Below are positions 8,859 to 18,597 of a DNA stretch of 64,000 bases, one piece after another. Within the stretch, counting starts at the first letter, position 1, and each line of letters starts with the position of its first letter. The stretch spans positions 384,001 through 448,000 of the forward strand of contig CAVSQW010000015.1 of the NCBI GenBank assembly GCA_963730185.1, read 5' to 3'. The position numbers and the translations under genes are program-made. The notes under the pieces are model-generated. The model saw only the letters and a program-made list of their open reading frames with translations. It did no database searches and was not told where the DNA came from. Origin of the DNA: an uncultured Gemmatimonadales bacterium. GTDB taxonomy: Bacteria; Gemmatimonadota; Gemmatimonadetes; Gemmatimonadales; GWC2-71-9.

Positions 8859-11800
8859 ATGGTCCACCAAGTCGTGCGGGCTGGGCGACGGTTACTTGCG
8901 CTTGCCGCGGTCGCGGCGCTCGCGGGTTTCGCCCCTCCCGTGGCAGCCCAGACGGGTTCGGTCTCCGGTACGATCCTCGATTCGAAGACGGGGCGTCCCC
9001 TGGCTGATGCTCGGGTCTTGGTCGAAGGCACCAACCTCAGCGCTCGGAGCGGGACGCGAGGTGAGTTCCGGATCGCCGGCGTCTCCGGCGCCGCCGTGCA
9101 CCTCTCGGTGACCCGGATCGGCTATCAGCCGAAGGCGCTCGACGCCACGGTCGACGGTCAGCCGCTCCGGATCGAGCTGGACGAGTTGGTGGTCAAGCTC
9201 GACGAACTGGTGGTCACGGGCACCGCCGGTGAGGCGCAGAAGCGGACTCTCGGCAACGCGATCGGGCAGGTGGACGTGGCCAGCACCCTCGCGATTGCGG
9301 GGCCGCCGGCCAAGATCCAGGATCTGCTCTCGGTCAACGTGCCGGGCGTCCGGATCGTGCGCTCGAGCGGATCGGTGGGAACGGGTGGGGTGACGCGGAT
9401 CCGCGGCGCGGGCTCGCTCAGCCTGTCCAACGAACCCTTGATCTACGTCGACGGGGTGCGGGTGAACAACACCGCGGCCGTGAACTCCGTGGCCTTCCAG
9501 GGCTACGACAGTCCGTCGCGAGTCAACGACCTCAATCCCGAGGAGATCGAGTCGATCGAGGTCCTGAAGGGCCCGTCGGCGGCGACGATCTACGGGACCG
9601 AGGCCTCGAACGGGGTGATCCAGATCATCACCAAGCGGGGGCGGGCCGGCCGGCCTACCTTCGACGTACATCTCGAGGGCGGCGCCAACTGGATCGCCAA
9701 CCCCGAAGGGCGGTATCCGTCGAACTACTACATCGCCCGGGACGGGTCGGTGCAGGAGTTCAACGTCCTCAAGTTCAACGAGGCGAACGGATTCGGGTCG
9801 CCGTTCCGGACCGGCAAGCCGGTGACCGTGGGCGCCAGTCTGAGCGGCGGGAGCGACCAGCTCCGCTACTACTTCTCGACCGATTTCAACCGGGACGAGG
9901 GCCCGGTGACCTACAACTGGCAGGATAAGTTCTCCGGCCGGGCCAACGTCACCTACTCCACGCCGGACAGCAAGTTCAAGGTCGACCTCAGCATGGGCGC
10001 GGTCCGCTCCAAGACCCAGGCGTCCGGCTATCAGCCGATTACGACCTCGATCCTCTGGGCCTGCAACTTTCCCGGCTGCGAGCCCAGCGCGAGCGACCCG
10101 ACCCATACCGGATACAATGACGCCGGTCACGGCTATCAGTTCTATCGGCCGGAGGACTATGCGGAAGCCGCCGCCTTCGACAACGTCGATCGGACGACCT
10201 TCAGCCTCCAGTTCAGCCATCGTCCCTTCAACTGGCTTCGCCAGCGCCTGACCATCGGGCCCGACTTCGTCAACAACAAGTCGACCCACCTGGTCGATCG
10301 CCATGCCGATGCCCGGCGGCCGTTCTTCACCGCCAGCAACGGACTTCGCGAGGCGATGCAGAACCGCTCGACCTTCGTGACGGTCGACTACGGCGCGTCG
10401 GCCGACGCGACCCTGGTCGGCGGGAAGCTGGTGGCGACCACCTCGGCGGGCGCCCAGTACTACTACAAGCAGTTCGACACGGTCTACGGGTCGGGCTCCA
10501 ACTTCGCGATTCCGGGTCCGGCCGACATCAGCGGCGGCTCGACGATCACGGCCCAGGAGACCTTCCTCGAGAACAAGAACTTCGGCGTGTACGGCCAGGA
10601 GCAGCTGGCCTGGAAGAACCGGGTCTTCCTGACCGGCGCCCTGCGGGCCGACGACAACAGCGCCTTCGGCGCCAACTTCAACGCGGTCTACTACCCCAAG
10701 GTCAGCTTCTCGTGGGTGGCCTCGGACGAGCCCTTCCTAGCCGGCTCGAAGTTCCTTTCGCAGCTCAAGTTCCGCGGGGCCTGGGGCCGGGCCGGGCTCC
10801 AGCCGGACGTGTTCTTCGCGATCCAGACCTACGCCCCTAAGATCGGGACGGGCGGGCAGGGTGGGGTGACCCCGCAGAACCTCGGCAATCCGGACCTCAA
10901 GCCCGAGGTGGGCGAGGAGGTCGAGGTCGGCTTCGACGCCGGCTTCTTCAACGGGCGGGCCGGGATCGAGTTCACGTTCTACAACAAGGACACCAAGGAC
11001 GCGATCCTCTCGCTGCCGCTCAAGCCGTCGCGCGGCTTCCCCGGCAGCCAGTTCGTCAACATCGGCAAGGTCCGGAACAAGGGGATCGAGATCGCACTCG
11101 ACGGGACCCCGGTGAACAAGCGGTCGTGGGGGCTCGATCTCCGCGGCACCTTCGCCACCAACGACGTGACGATCCTCGACATGGGCGGCACGCCGCCGGC
11201 CTTCGTGGGCGGCTCGTTCATTCAGCAGTTCAACGTCCAGGGCTTTGCCCCGGCCTCGTTCTTCTACAAGACGGTCGTGAGCTCCACGGTGCAGCCGATC
11301 GACATTGGGGTTCCCCTCCCGGTTGGCTTCGACCCGATGTGCGAGGGCGGGACGGACCTCGGGGCGGGCGATGGCTCGGTGGTGCCCTGCGCCGACGCAC
11401 CCCGGATCTATCGCGGTCGGCCCACGCCGAAGTGGAACGGCAGCTTCAGCGCCCAGCTCCGGATCGGCCAGCGGCTCCGGCTCCTCGGGCTGGTCGACTA
11501 TGTCGGCGGTCACACGGTCGACGTCGGCGACGTGGGCGCGATTCACGCCTTCTTCCTGAGCTCGAAGCAGGTGCTCGAGGGCAAGGACCAGGTGCTCGCC
11601 GGCTACATGGGGCTCCAGTTCCTCTACGGCGACGCGAACCCACCGGGTTCGCTCGGACTCTTCAACGCCGGGTTCGCGAAGCTCCGGACCGTCTCGGCCA
11701 CCTACGACGTGCCCGACGGGATCGCGCACTGGCTCGGTGCGACGCGCGGCTCGATCACCCTGGCGGCCGAGAACATGGTGACGCTCTGGCGGGCTCAGAA

Positions 11801-11939
11801 GACCTCCTACGGGGTCGAGTGGATCGATGCGGAGATCGCGCCGAACTACTCGACCAACGCGCAGGGCCTCGACGGCTACATCCAGGAGTCCTGGCCCCAG
11901 CTGGCCCGGATCCGAACCACCATCCGCTTCACGTTCTGA
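8859..11939 (+). CDS. SusC/RagA-family TonB-dependent outer membrane transporter 2
   Basis: Same motifs as transporter 1 (LDELVVTG, EIESIEVLKGPSAATIYGTEASNGVIQIITKRG, GNPDLKPE, terminal F); GGAGG upstream. Confidence 0.93.
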   Translation: MVHQVVRAGRRLLALAAVAALAGFAPPVAAQTGSVSGTILDSKTGRPLADARVLVEGTNLSARSGTRGEFRIAGVSGAAVHLSVTRIGYQPKALDATVDGQPLRIELDELVVKLDELVVTGTAGEAQKRTLGNAIGQVDVASTLAIAGPPAKIQDLLSVNVPGVRIVRSSGSVGTGGVTRIRGAGSLSLSNEPLIYVDGVRVNNTAAVNSVAFQGYDSPSRVNDLNPEEIESIEVLKGPSAATIYGTEASNGVIQIITKRGRAGRPTFDVHLEGGANWIANPEGRYPSNYYIARDGSVQEFNVLKFNEANGFGSPFRTGKPVTVGASLSGGSDQLRYYFSTDFNRDEGPVTYNWQDKFSGRANVTYSTPDSKFKVDLSMGAVRSKTQASGYQPITTSILWACNFPGCEPSASDPTHTGYNDAGHGYQFYRPEDYAEAAAFDNVDRTTFSLQFSHRPFNWLRQRLTIGPDFVNNKSTHLVDRHADARRPFFTASNGLREAMQNRSTFVTVDYGASADATLVGGKLVATTSAGAQYYYKQFDTVYGSGSNFAIPGPADISGGSTITAQETFLENKNFGVYGQEQLAWKNRVFLTGALRADDNSAFGANFNAVYYPKVSFSWVASDEPFLAGSKFLSQLKFRGAWGRAGLQPDVFFAIQTYAPKIGTGGQGGVTPQNLGNPDLKPEVGEEVEVGFDAGFFNGRAGIEFTFYNKDTKDAILSLPLKPSRGFPGSQFVNIGKVRNKGIEIALDGTPVNKRSWGLDLRGTFATNDVTILDMGGTPPAFVGGSFIQQFNVQGFAPASFFYKTVVSSTVQPIDIGVPLPVGFDPMCEGGTDLGAGDGSVVPCADAPRIYRGRPTPKWNGSFSAQLRIGQRLRLLGLVDYVGGHTVDVGDVGAIHAFFLSSKQVLEGKDQVLAGYMGLQFLYGDANPPGSLGLFNAGFAKLRTVSATYDVPDGIAHWLGATRGSITLAAENMVTLWRAQKTSYGVEWIDAEIAPNYSTNAQGLDGYIQESWPQLARIRTTIRFTF

Positions 11940-11953
11940 CGGAGACGACGGAC

Positions 11954-13237
11954 ATGCCAACTACGAGAACGATCCCGTTCTTCCCGGCGCGGCGGGTGCG
12001 CCGGGTGGTAACCGGCGTCCTGGGCCTGGCGGCGATCGTCGCCCTCGGCGCTTGCAGCAACCTGCTGGACGTGCAGTATCCCGGCCGGATTCCCAGCGGG
12101 CAGCTGAACGACCCGAGCCTGGCCGACGTTCTGGCCAGGAGCGTGGTCAGCGACCTCGAATGCGCGTACAGCAACTACACCGGTGGCTCCTCGGTCCAGT
12201 CCGACGAATACGAGACGGCCAACTCCAACGTCCCGCTCGCCAACTGGGGGGAGCGGACGATCTCGGCCGACGAGGACGCCTACGTCGTCGGTGACTGTGA
12301 GAACGCCTTCGGGATCCAGCTCACGATCCAGACGGCGCGGTATCAGGCGGAGAACGTCTATCAGCAGCTGTCGACCTGGACGGACGCGGAGGTGGCCAAC
12401 CGGACCCAGATGATGGCGATGGTTCGGGCGTACGGCGCGTACGCGTACACGTTCATGGGCGAGACCTGGTGCAAAGTCTCCTTCGACGGCGCTGCGCCGC
12501 AGGACCCCTCGGCGGCCCTGACGATCGCGGCCACCGAGTTCGGCGAGGCGATGACGCTCGGCGGGCAGGCGGGCGACCAGGACCTCGTCAACATGGCGAA
12601 GGTTGGTCTCGCCCGGGTCCAGCTCGACCAGAAGGACTGGGCCGCGGCGGCGGCCACGGCAGCTCAGGTCCCGGTCGGCTACGAGAAGTACGCCGACCGC
12701 GGGTCGGAGAACACCCGCCGGTACAACGACGTGTACTACTACGCCACCCAGCTGGGCGCGTACGTGATCTCGAACGACTACCGGGCGCTGTCGCTCGACG
12801 ACCCCCGCTACATGGTCCGCAACACCCACACCCCGGCATTCAATCCGATCGACAAGTGGGTGACCGACAAGTACTCCGGCACCGACTCGCCGATTCGGCT
12901 GGCGAGCTACGCCGAGGCTCAGCTGATTCAGGCCGAGGCGCTGGTGCAGCAGGGCCAGATTCAACCGGCGATGGACATCTTGAACGTCCGCCGGAGCGCG
13001 CTGGGCCTCGCCGACCTCACGGCCGCGGACCAGGCCGAGGGACTTGCCAACGTGATTGCCGAGCGCCGGGCCGAGCTGGCGTTCGAAGGGGGCCACCGCC
13101 TCAACGACCTGCTCCGCTACCACCTGCCCTGGAAGGGAGCCAACGGCTCTACCCAGGTGGCGAATCCCTTCTCGGCCCGGCCCTACGGCCAGACCACCTG
13201 TTGGCCGCTCCCGACCAAGGAGACCAACGGCGCGTGA
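11954..13237 (+). CDS. SusD/RagB-family lipoprotein 2
   Basis: Lipobox LGACS; LIQAEAL, ERRAELAFEGGHRLNDLLR, PLPTKE; ATG 11954 after GGAG. Confidence 0.9.
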   Translation: MPTTRTIPFFPARRVRRVVTGVLGLAAIVALGACSNLLDVQYPGRIPSGQLNDPSLADVLARSVVSDLECAYSNYTGGSSVQSDEYETANSNVPLANWGERTISADEDAYVVGDCENAFGIQLTIQTARYQAENVYQQLSTWTDAEVANRTQMMAMVRAYGAYAYTFMGETWCKVSFDGAAPQDPSAALTIAATEFGEAMTLGGQAGDQDLVNMAKVGLARVQLDQKDWAAAAATAAQVPVGYEKYADRGSENTRRYNDVYYYATQLGAYVISNDYRALSLDDPRYMVRNTHTPAFNPIDKWVTDKYSGTDSPIRLASYAEAQLIQAEALVQQGQIQPAMDILNVRRSALGLADLTAADQAEGLANVIAERRAELAFEGGHRLNDLLRYHLPWKGANGSTQVANPFSARPYGQTTCWPLPTKETNGA

Positions 13238-13268
13238 GACCCTCGATGGGCAGGGTCGCTTGACCGGG

Positions 13269-13306
13269 CGGGGGAGTCGAGCGGGTTCGGCTCCCCCGAC
13301 CCTTTT
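13269..13306 (+). terminator. Terminator-like hairpin after susD2
   Basis: CGGGGGAGTCGA...TCGGCTCCCCCG 12-bp stem followed by ACCCTTTT. Confidence 0.6.
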
Positions 13307-13373
13307 CGTGAGAACCCGCCTCGCGCCCGGCGACCCGGCCGGGGGCTGGACCCTTTCGTCAGGAAATCCGCTG

Positions 13374-16300
13374 ATGTCTTTTCGTCGGACGTTGCTGCTT
13401 TCGCTCCTCGTGACGGGGAGCGTTTCCGTACTACCGATCCAGGCCCAGCACGTCTCGGCCGACTGGGACGTGACCCAACCCCGGGGGAAGACCCGGGACA
13501 TCGACTTCACCGTCTCCGAGGGGACCTGGATGTCCATGGACATCACCCCGGACGGCCAGTCGATCGTGTTCGATCTGCTGGGCCACATCTATCGAATGCC
13601 CGCCGCGGGCGGGACGGCCGAGTCGCTGACCCAGGGAAGCGGGATCGCGATGAACTTCGAGCCCCGGATCTCGCCGGACGGGAAGCGGATCGCGTTCATC
13701 TCCGACCGGGGCGGGCAGAACAACCTCTGGGTGATGGACATCGACGGCGGGAATCCGACCGCGGTGTATCTCGACCCTGGCGCGAGAATCGAGTTCCCGA
13801 TGTGGTCGGCCGACGGGGAATACGTCTTCGCTCTCAACCGGCACGGGCTGGTGGCGCGGTCGATCTGGATGTGGAGCCGTCACGGCGGTCAGGGGGTCGA
13901 GGTCGTGAAGTCGGCGCCGGGGCGGGCGCCGGGGCGGTTCACCGTCTCGGCCGACGGTCGCTACCTCTACTACGAGATCTACACCGGCACCTTCACCGGC
14001 GAGTTCGGGAAGGATGATCTGCTCAAGGGCACGATGCAGCTGGTCCGGCGCGATCTCGAGACCGGCGAGGACCGGGCCATCACGGCCGGAATGTCCTCCC
14101 AGCAGGATCGGGGCACCAGCGGGAGCGCCTACGCGCCCGAGGTGAGTCCCGACGGCCGGTTCCTGGCCTTCGTCCGGAGGATTCCGGACGGGACCTTCTC
14201 CTGGAAGGGACACCAGTTCGGCCCTCGGTCGGCTCTTTGGATCCGGGACCTCGAGTCCGGCTCCGAGCGGCTCCTGATGGATCCGGTGGAGCTCGATATG
14301 GCCGAGGAGGGGATTCCGCTCGACGGCAGCTATCCCGGCTACCGCTGGGTGCAGGACGGGAAGAGCATCCTGCTGATCCAGGGCGGGAAGATCCGCCGGG
14401 TAAACGTGATCACGGGTGAGGTGGCCACGGTGCCGTTCACGGCCCGGGTGCACCGGGTGATCTCGGAGCAGGCCTGGACCCGGACCAAGCTGAGCGACGG
14501 TCCGGTGGACGTGAGGTTCACCCGGTGGGCCCAGGCGTCTCCCGACGGCCGGCGGGCGGTCTTCGGGGCGGTGGGGCGGATCTGGGTCATGGACTTGCCC
14601 AACGGCACCCCGCGCCGGCTCACGCCGGAGAGCTTCGGGCCGATGGAGTACGGACCGGCCTGGTCGCCGGACGGGCGATGGGTGGCGTTCGTGAGCGTCG
14701 ACGACGCTCACGAGGGACAGGTCTGGCGGGTACCGGCGGAGGGCGGCGCGCCGGTCCAGGTGACGAAGACCGAGGGCGAGTACGTGAACCCGGTGGTGAG
14801 CCCCGATGGGCAGACGATCGTGGCGCTCCGGGGGTCGGGCGCCACGCTCCGGCAGCGGACGCTCTCCCGGACCACTTGGTACGACCTGGTCCGGATTCCC
14901 GCGTCGGGCGGCGACGGCGTCGCCTTCGGCCAGATCGGGGGGGCGACGGGCGTCGACCTTCCCAACTTCACCCAGCCGCCTCGGCCGAGCTTCGGGCCGG
15001 ACGGGCGGGTGTTCTACACGACGATGGCGACCACGCCCAATCCGGCCGATCCCTTCCATCCCATCACGGTCGGTGTCCTCAACTCCGTCCGCCTCGACGG
15101 CGAGGACCACCAGGTGCACGTCAAGGCGGAGTTCTCCGACGACGTGACCCCGTCGCCGGACGGGAAATGGGTGGCCTTCGCCCAGGCTGGGGACCTGTTC
15201 CTGGCGCCGATGCCGTATCGCCGCACCAGCGGCGAGCTGCCCCAGATCAGCAAGAGCGGAGGCGCCCTCGCGGTGACCCGGCTCACCACGCTGGGTGGCT
15301 TCCATCCTCACTGGCGGGACGCCACCACGCTCGACTACGGCAGCGCGGCTCATCTCTATACCCATTCCGTGACCACCGGCCGGACCGACACGGTCGCCAT
15401 CCGGCTCGAGGTGCCCCGGGCGATTCCCCAGGGCTCGATCGCGCTCACCGGAGCGCGGATCATCACCCTCGAGAACAAGCAGGTGATCAACCGGGGGACG
15501 GTGGTGGTGCGCGGTGGGCGGATCGTCTGCGTGGGCTCGTGCAGCACCAAGGGCGTGGACCGGGTGATCAACGCCTCCGGCAAGACGATCATCCCCGGAT
15601 GGGTCGACATGCACGCGCATCATCATCGCGAGCATTCGGGGATGATGCCCGCCCACAACTACGAGACCGCCATCTACCTCGCCTACGGCGTCACCACGAC
15701 GCTCGACCCGGCGGCCTGGTCGCCGGAGACGTTCACCAGCGCCGAGATGGTGGAGGCGGGCACGATGATCGGCCCCCGAATCTTCTCGACCGCCGAGAAC
15801 ATCACCGACGGCGACGGGACCGGCACCAACGACATTGCCAGCCTCGACGTGGCCATCGCCGAGGCGAGGCGGCGGAAGGCGTGGGGCGCCACGACCCTGA
15901 AGCAGTACCTCCAGCCGACCCGGACCCAGCGGCAGTGGGTGGTCGAGGCCGGCCGGGAGGTGGGGCTGATGGTCACCTCGGAGGGGAGCATCGACCTCAA
16001 CCACAAGCTCTCGATGGCCATGGACGGCCACACCGGGTTCGAGCACGCCACGGCGCTCCTGCCGATGTACGGCGACGTGACCACCTTCCTGGGCAAGGCC
16101 CACACGGTCAACTCGTACACGGCCCTGGTCGGCGGGCCGGGGCCTTGGAACGAGGAGTACTGGTGGCAGGAGAGCGACATCTGGAAGGAGCCGAAAGCGC
16201 AGCGCTGGCTGCCCTGGCGCCAGCTGATTCCTCACAGCCGGAGCCACATGCAGCGACCGGTCACCGACTATCCGCTCGGGATGATGGCCCAGGTGATCGC

Positions 16301-16703
16301 CGACATCATCCAGGCCGGCGGGTACGGCGCGATCGGCTCGCACGGACAGGAGCACGGCATCGGGTCGCACTGGGACGCGTGGATCGCGGCCATGGCTATG
16401 GACAACATGAGCGTGCTCGAGATGGCCAGCCTGCACGGGGCCCGGTTCCTCGGCATGGAGGAGGACCTGGGGTCGATCAAGGTGGGGAAGATCGCCGATC
16501 TGGTGGTCCTCGATGCCAACCCCCTCACCAACATCCGGAACACGGCCGACATTCGGTACGTGATGAAAGCGGGCACCCTGTACGACGCGAGCTCGCTGGA
16601 CGAGCTCTGGCCGGTGGCGAAGCCGTATGGCGATCACTTCTGGGTGACGCCGGAAGCCTATCGATCGGATGATCGACCCGTGACCTATTGGGACAAGAGG
16701 TAG
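13374..16703 (+). CDS. Secreted TolB-like (PD40) beta-propeller + amidohydrolase fusion
   Basis: Signal peptide; repeated SPDG units; TIIPGWVDMHAH, FEH, GSHGQ, GSIKVGKIADLVVLDANPL. Confidence 0.9.
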   Translation: MSFRRTLLLSLLVTGSVSVLPIQAQHVSADWDVTQPRGKTRDIDFTVSEGTWMSMDITPDGQSIVFDLLGHIYRMPAAGGTAESLTQGSGIAMNFEPRISPDGKRIAFISDRGGQNNLWVMDIDGGNPTAVYLDPGARIEFPMWSADGEYVFALNRHGLVARSIWMWSRHGGQGVEVVKSAPGRAPGRFTVSADGRYLYYEIYTGTFTGEFGKDDLLKGTMQLVRRDLETGEDRAITAGMSSQQDRGTSGSAYAPEVSPDGRFLAFVRRIPDGTFSWKGHQFGPRSALWIRDLESGSERLLMDPVELDMAEEGIPLDGSYPGYRWVQDGKSILLIQGGKIRRVNVITGEVATVPFTARVHRVISEQAWTRTKLSDGPVDVRFTRWAQASPDGRRAVFGAVGRIWVMDLPNGTPRRLTPESFGPMEYGPAWSPDGRWVAFVSVDDAHEGQVWRVPAEGGAPVQVTKTEGEYVNPVVSPDGQTIVALRGSGATLRQRTLSRTTWYDLVRIPASGGDGVAFGQIGGATGVDLPNFTQPPRPSFGPDGRVFYTTMATTPNPADPFHPITVGVLNSVRLDGEDHQVHVKAEFSDDVTPSPDGKWVAFAQAGDLFLAPMPYRRTSGELPQISKSGGALAVTRLTTLGGFHPHWRDATTLDYGSAAHLYTHSVTTGRTDTVAIRLEVPRAIPQGSIALTGARIITLENKQVINRGTVVVRGGRIVCVGSCSTKGVDRVINASGKTIIPGWVDMHAHHHREHSGMMPAHNYETAIYLAYGVTTTLDPAAWSPETFTSAEMVEAGTMIGPRIFSTAENITDGDGTGTNDIASLDVAIAEARRRKAWGATTLKQYLQPTRTQRQWVVEAGREVGLMVTSEGSIDLNHKLSMAMDGHTGFEHATALLPMYGDVTTFLGKAHTVNSYTALVGGPGPWNEEYWWQESDIWKEPKAQRWLPWRQLIPHSRSHMQRPVTDYPLGMMAQVIADIIQAGGYGAIGSHGQEHGIGSHWDAWIAAMAMDNMSVLEMASLHGARFLGMEEDLGSIKVGKIADLVVLDANPLTNIRNTADIRYVMKAGTLYDASSLDELWPVAKPYGDHFWVTPEAYRSDDRPVTYWDKR

Positions 16704-16890
16704 GCGGGACGAGGGACGATGGGGCGGGAGGGGAGGGAGGGGGAGGGAGAGGGGGCGCAGGGAGGAGAGGCTTGCTATGGGCCGGGGCGCCGCGAACCGC
16801 GTCTCTTCGATCCCTCCCCGGCCCCCACCCCCCCCACCCCATCCCTCCCCATCCCTCCCTACCCCCAGAGTTGCCCCCCCCCGCCAACCC
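16704..16890. repeat. G-rich tract followed by a complementary C-rich tract
   Basis: ggggcgggaggggagggagggggagggagagggg then tccctccccggcccccacccccccccaccccatccctccccatccctccc; imperfect inverted arms. Confidence 0.6.
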
Positions 16891-17048
16891 GGCGAAGATA
16901 GGGCGGTCAGCGTGCGGGGGCGGCCGGTCGGCCGGGCGGCTCCCGACAGGTTCGGCAGGCCGAAGCCTGCTCCGCGGTGCCGAAATCCGGCGGCCGGGGC
17001 GGCGGACGGGAGCGACGTGAGAGATCATCGGGACGCCTCGGTGCGTCC

Positions 17049-18542
17049 GTGAAGCGAGAGCGGCAGAAGCGGACGGGCTGGGGGCGGGCGATAGCGATGG
17101 GCGGGTTGGTGGCTCTGGCGGGCGGTTGCCGGCATGCGGGGGTCGAGCAGGCCACCGTCGTCATCAGGAACGTGACGGTCATCGATGGGACCGATGCCGG
17201 GCCCCGGGCCAACCTGTCGGTCGCGATTCAGGACGACCGGATCGTGGCTGTCGGCCCGGCCGACGAGATCCCGGCGGCGGGCACGGCGGCGACGATCGAC
17301 GGCACGGGTAAGTTCCTGATTCCCGGGCTCGCCGACCTGCACGTGCACCTGATGGGCTACGGCGAGCACGCGCTCCCGCTCTTCCTGGCCAACGGCGTGA
17401 CCACGATCCGGGACATGGGCGGGTCGTTCCGCCTGGCCGGCTGGGCTCGTCAGGAAGTGCATTACGGCCGTCTGATCGGGCCCGAGGTGCTGGTCTCCGG
17501 GCCTCGCCTGAGCGCCCCGGCGGCGGCCCGGGCCGGGTCGGAGGTGCTGGGACGCGACGGCATGGTGGCCGTGGGCGACTCGGCGGACGCGGTGCGGGTG
17601 GTGGACAGCCTGGCTTCGCTGCACGTGGATCAGCTGTCGATCGGCCCGCTGCTGTCGGCGGCGGCCTACCACGCGACCATCCGCGAGGCGGAACGACGAG
17701 GTCTCCCGGTGGTGGGGCCGATCCCGGACGCTCTCACGGCCTCGGCGGTGATCGAGGCGGGCCAGTGGACGATCGAGAGTGATCTCGGGCTGGCGCTCGA
17801 GGGCTCGTCCCAGGCCGACCGTTTGGACTCGCTGCTCCGGGTCCGGGTGGCCGCCGCGCTGGCCCGGGGACGGGGCCGGCGGGCCATCGCGACCGCGGCG
17901 GCGCTCCGGCGGGAGATCGCGGACTCGGCCAGGCGGTCGTACGACCTGAATCGGGCCAACGAGTTCGCCCGGCAGGCCGCCCGGACCCGGGTGTGGTTCG
18001 ACCCGACGCTGGCCCTGATCGAGGCCGGCTTGCGACGGCACGAAGGGGCGATCCGGTATCCGCCGGAGCTCCAGTACGCTCCCTGGGCGGCCCGTGAGCT
18101 GGCCGGCGACTTTCCGGTCGAGGCCACCCCCGGTGACGTGGGCTCGGGCAAGGAGCGGTTCCGGGCTGTCCTGACCACCTTCGCCGCGCTGGTGAGCGCG
18201 AAGGCGCGCTTCGTGGCCGGAAGCGGCACGCCGGCCCCGCCCCTGGTGCCCGGCTTCAGCCTCCATCACGAGCTGGAGCTGCTGGTGGAGATGGGGCTCA
18301 CACCGCTCCAGGCGCTGCAGGCCGCGACCCGGAACGCCGCCGAGGCCACCGGGCGCCTGGACCAGGTGGGAACGATCGAACGGGGCCGGCGGGCGGACCT
18401 GGTGCTGCTCGACGCCGATCCCTTGGTGGACATCCGAAACACCCGGCGGGTGAACACCGTCATCGTCGCCGGTCGCTTGCTCGACCGGGCCACGCTGGAT
18501 CGGATGCTGGCGGACGCCCGGGTGTACGCTGAACAGCGATAG
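17049..18542 (+). CDS. Lipoprotein amidohydrolase-family protein, probably catalytically degenerate
   Basis: Lipobox LAGGC; LIPGLADLHVH, NGVTTIRDMG, PGFSLHHELELLV, GTIERGRRADLVLLDADPL. Start uncertain. Confidence 0.8.
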   Translation: MKRERQKRTGWGRAIAMGGLVALAGGCRHAGVEQATVVIRNVTVIDGTDAGPRANLSVAIQDDRIVAVGPADEIPAAGTAATIDGTGKFLIPGLADLHVHLMGYGEHALPLFLANGVTTIRDMGGSFRLAGWARQEVHYGRLIGPEVLVSGPRLSAPAAARAGSEVLGRDGMVAVGDSADAVRVVDSLASLHVDQLSIGPLLSAAAYHATIREAERRGLPVVGPIPDALTASAVIEAGQWTIESDLGLALEGSSQADRLDSLLRVRVAAALARGRGRRAIATAAALRREIADSARRSYDLNRANEFARQAARTRVWFDPTLALIEAGLRRHEGAIRYPPELQYAPWAARELAGDFPVEATPGDVGSGKERFRAVLTTFAALVSAKARFVAGSGTPAPPLVPGFSLHHELELLVEMGLTPLQALQAATRNAAEATGRLDQVGTIERGRRADLVLLDADPLVDIRNTRRVNTVIVAGRLLDRATLDRMLADARVYAEQR

Positions 18543-18597
18543 TACGGGGGCCGGCTCCGGCCCCGAGGTGTTTTTCCAACTGCTGAACGAGGTACTC

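Noticed and set aside
13431..16637. Very long antisense ORFs (1068 aa here; similar at 41139-43823 and 53456-55441)
   Set aside because: Shadow frames expected from high GC3 codon bias; no motifs.
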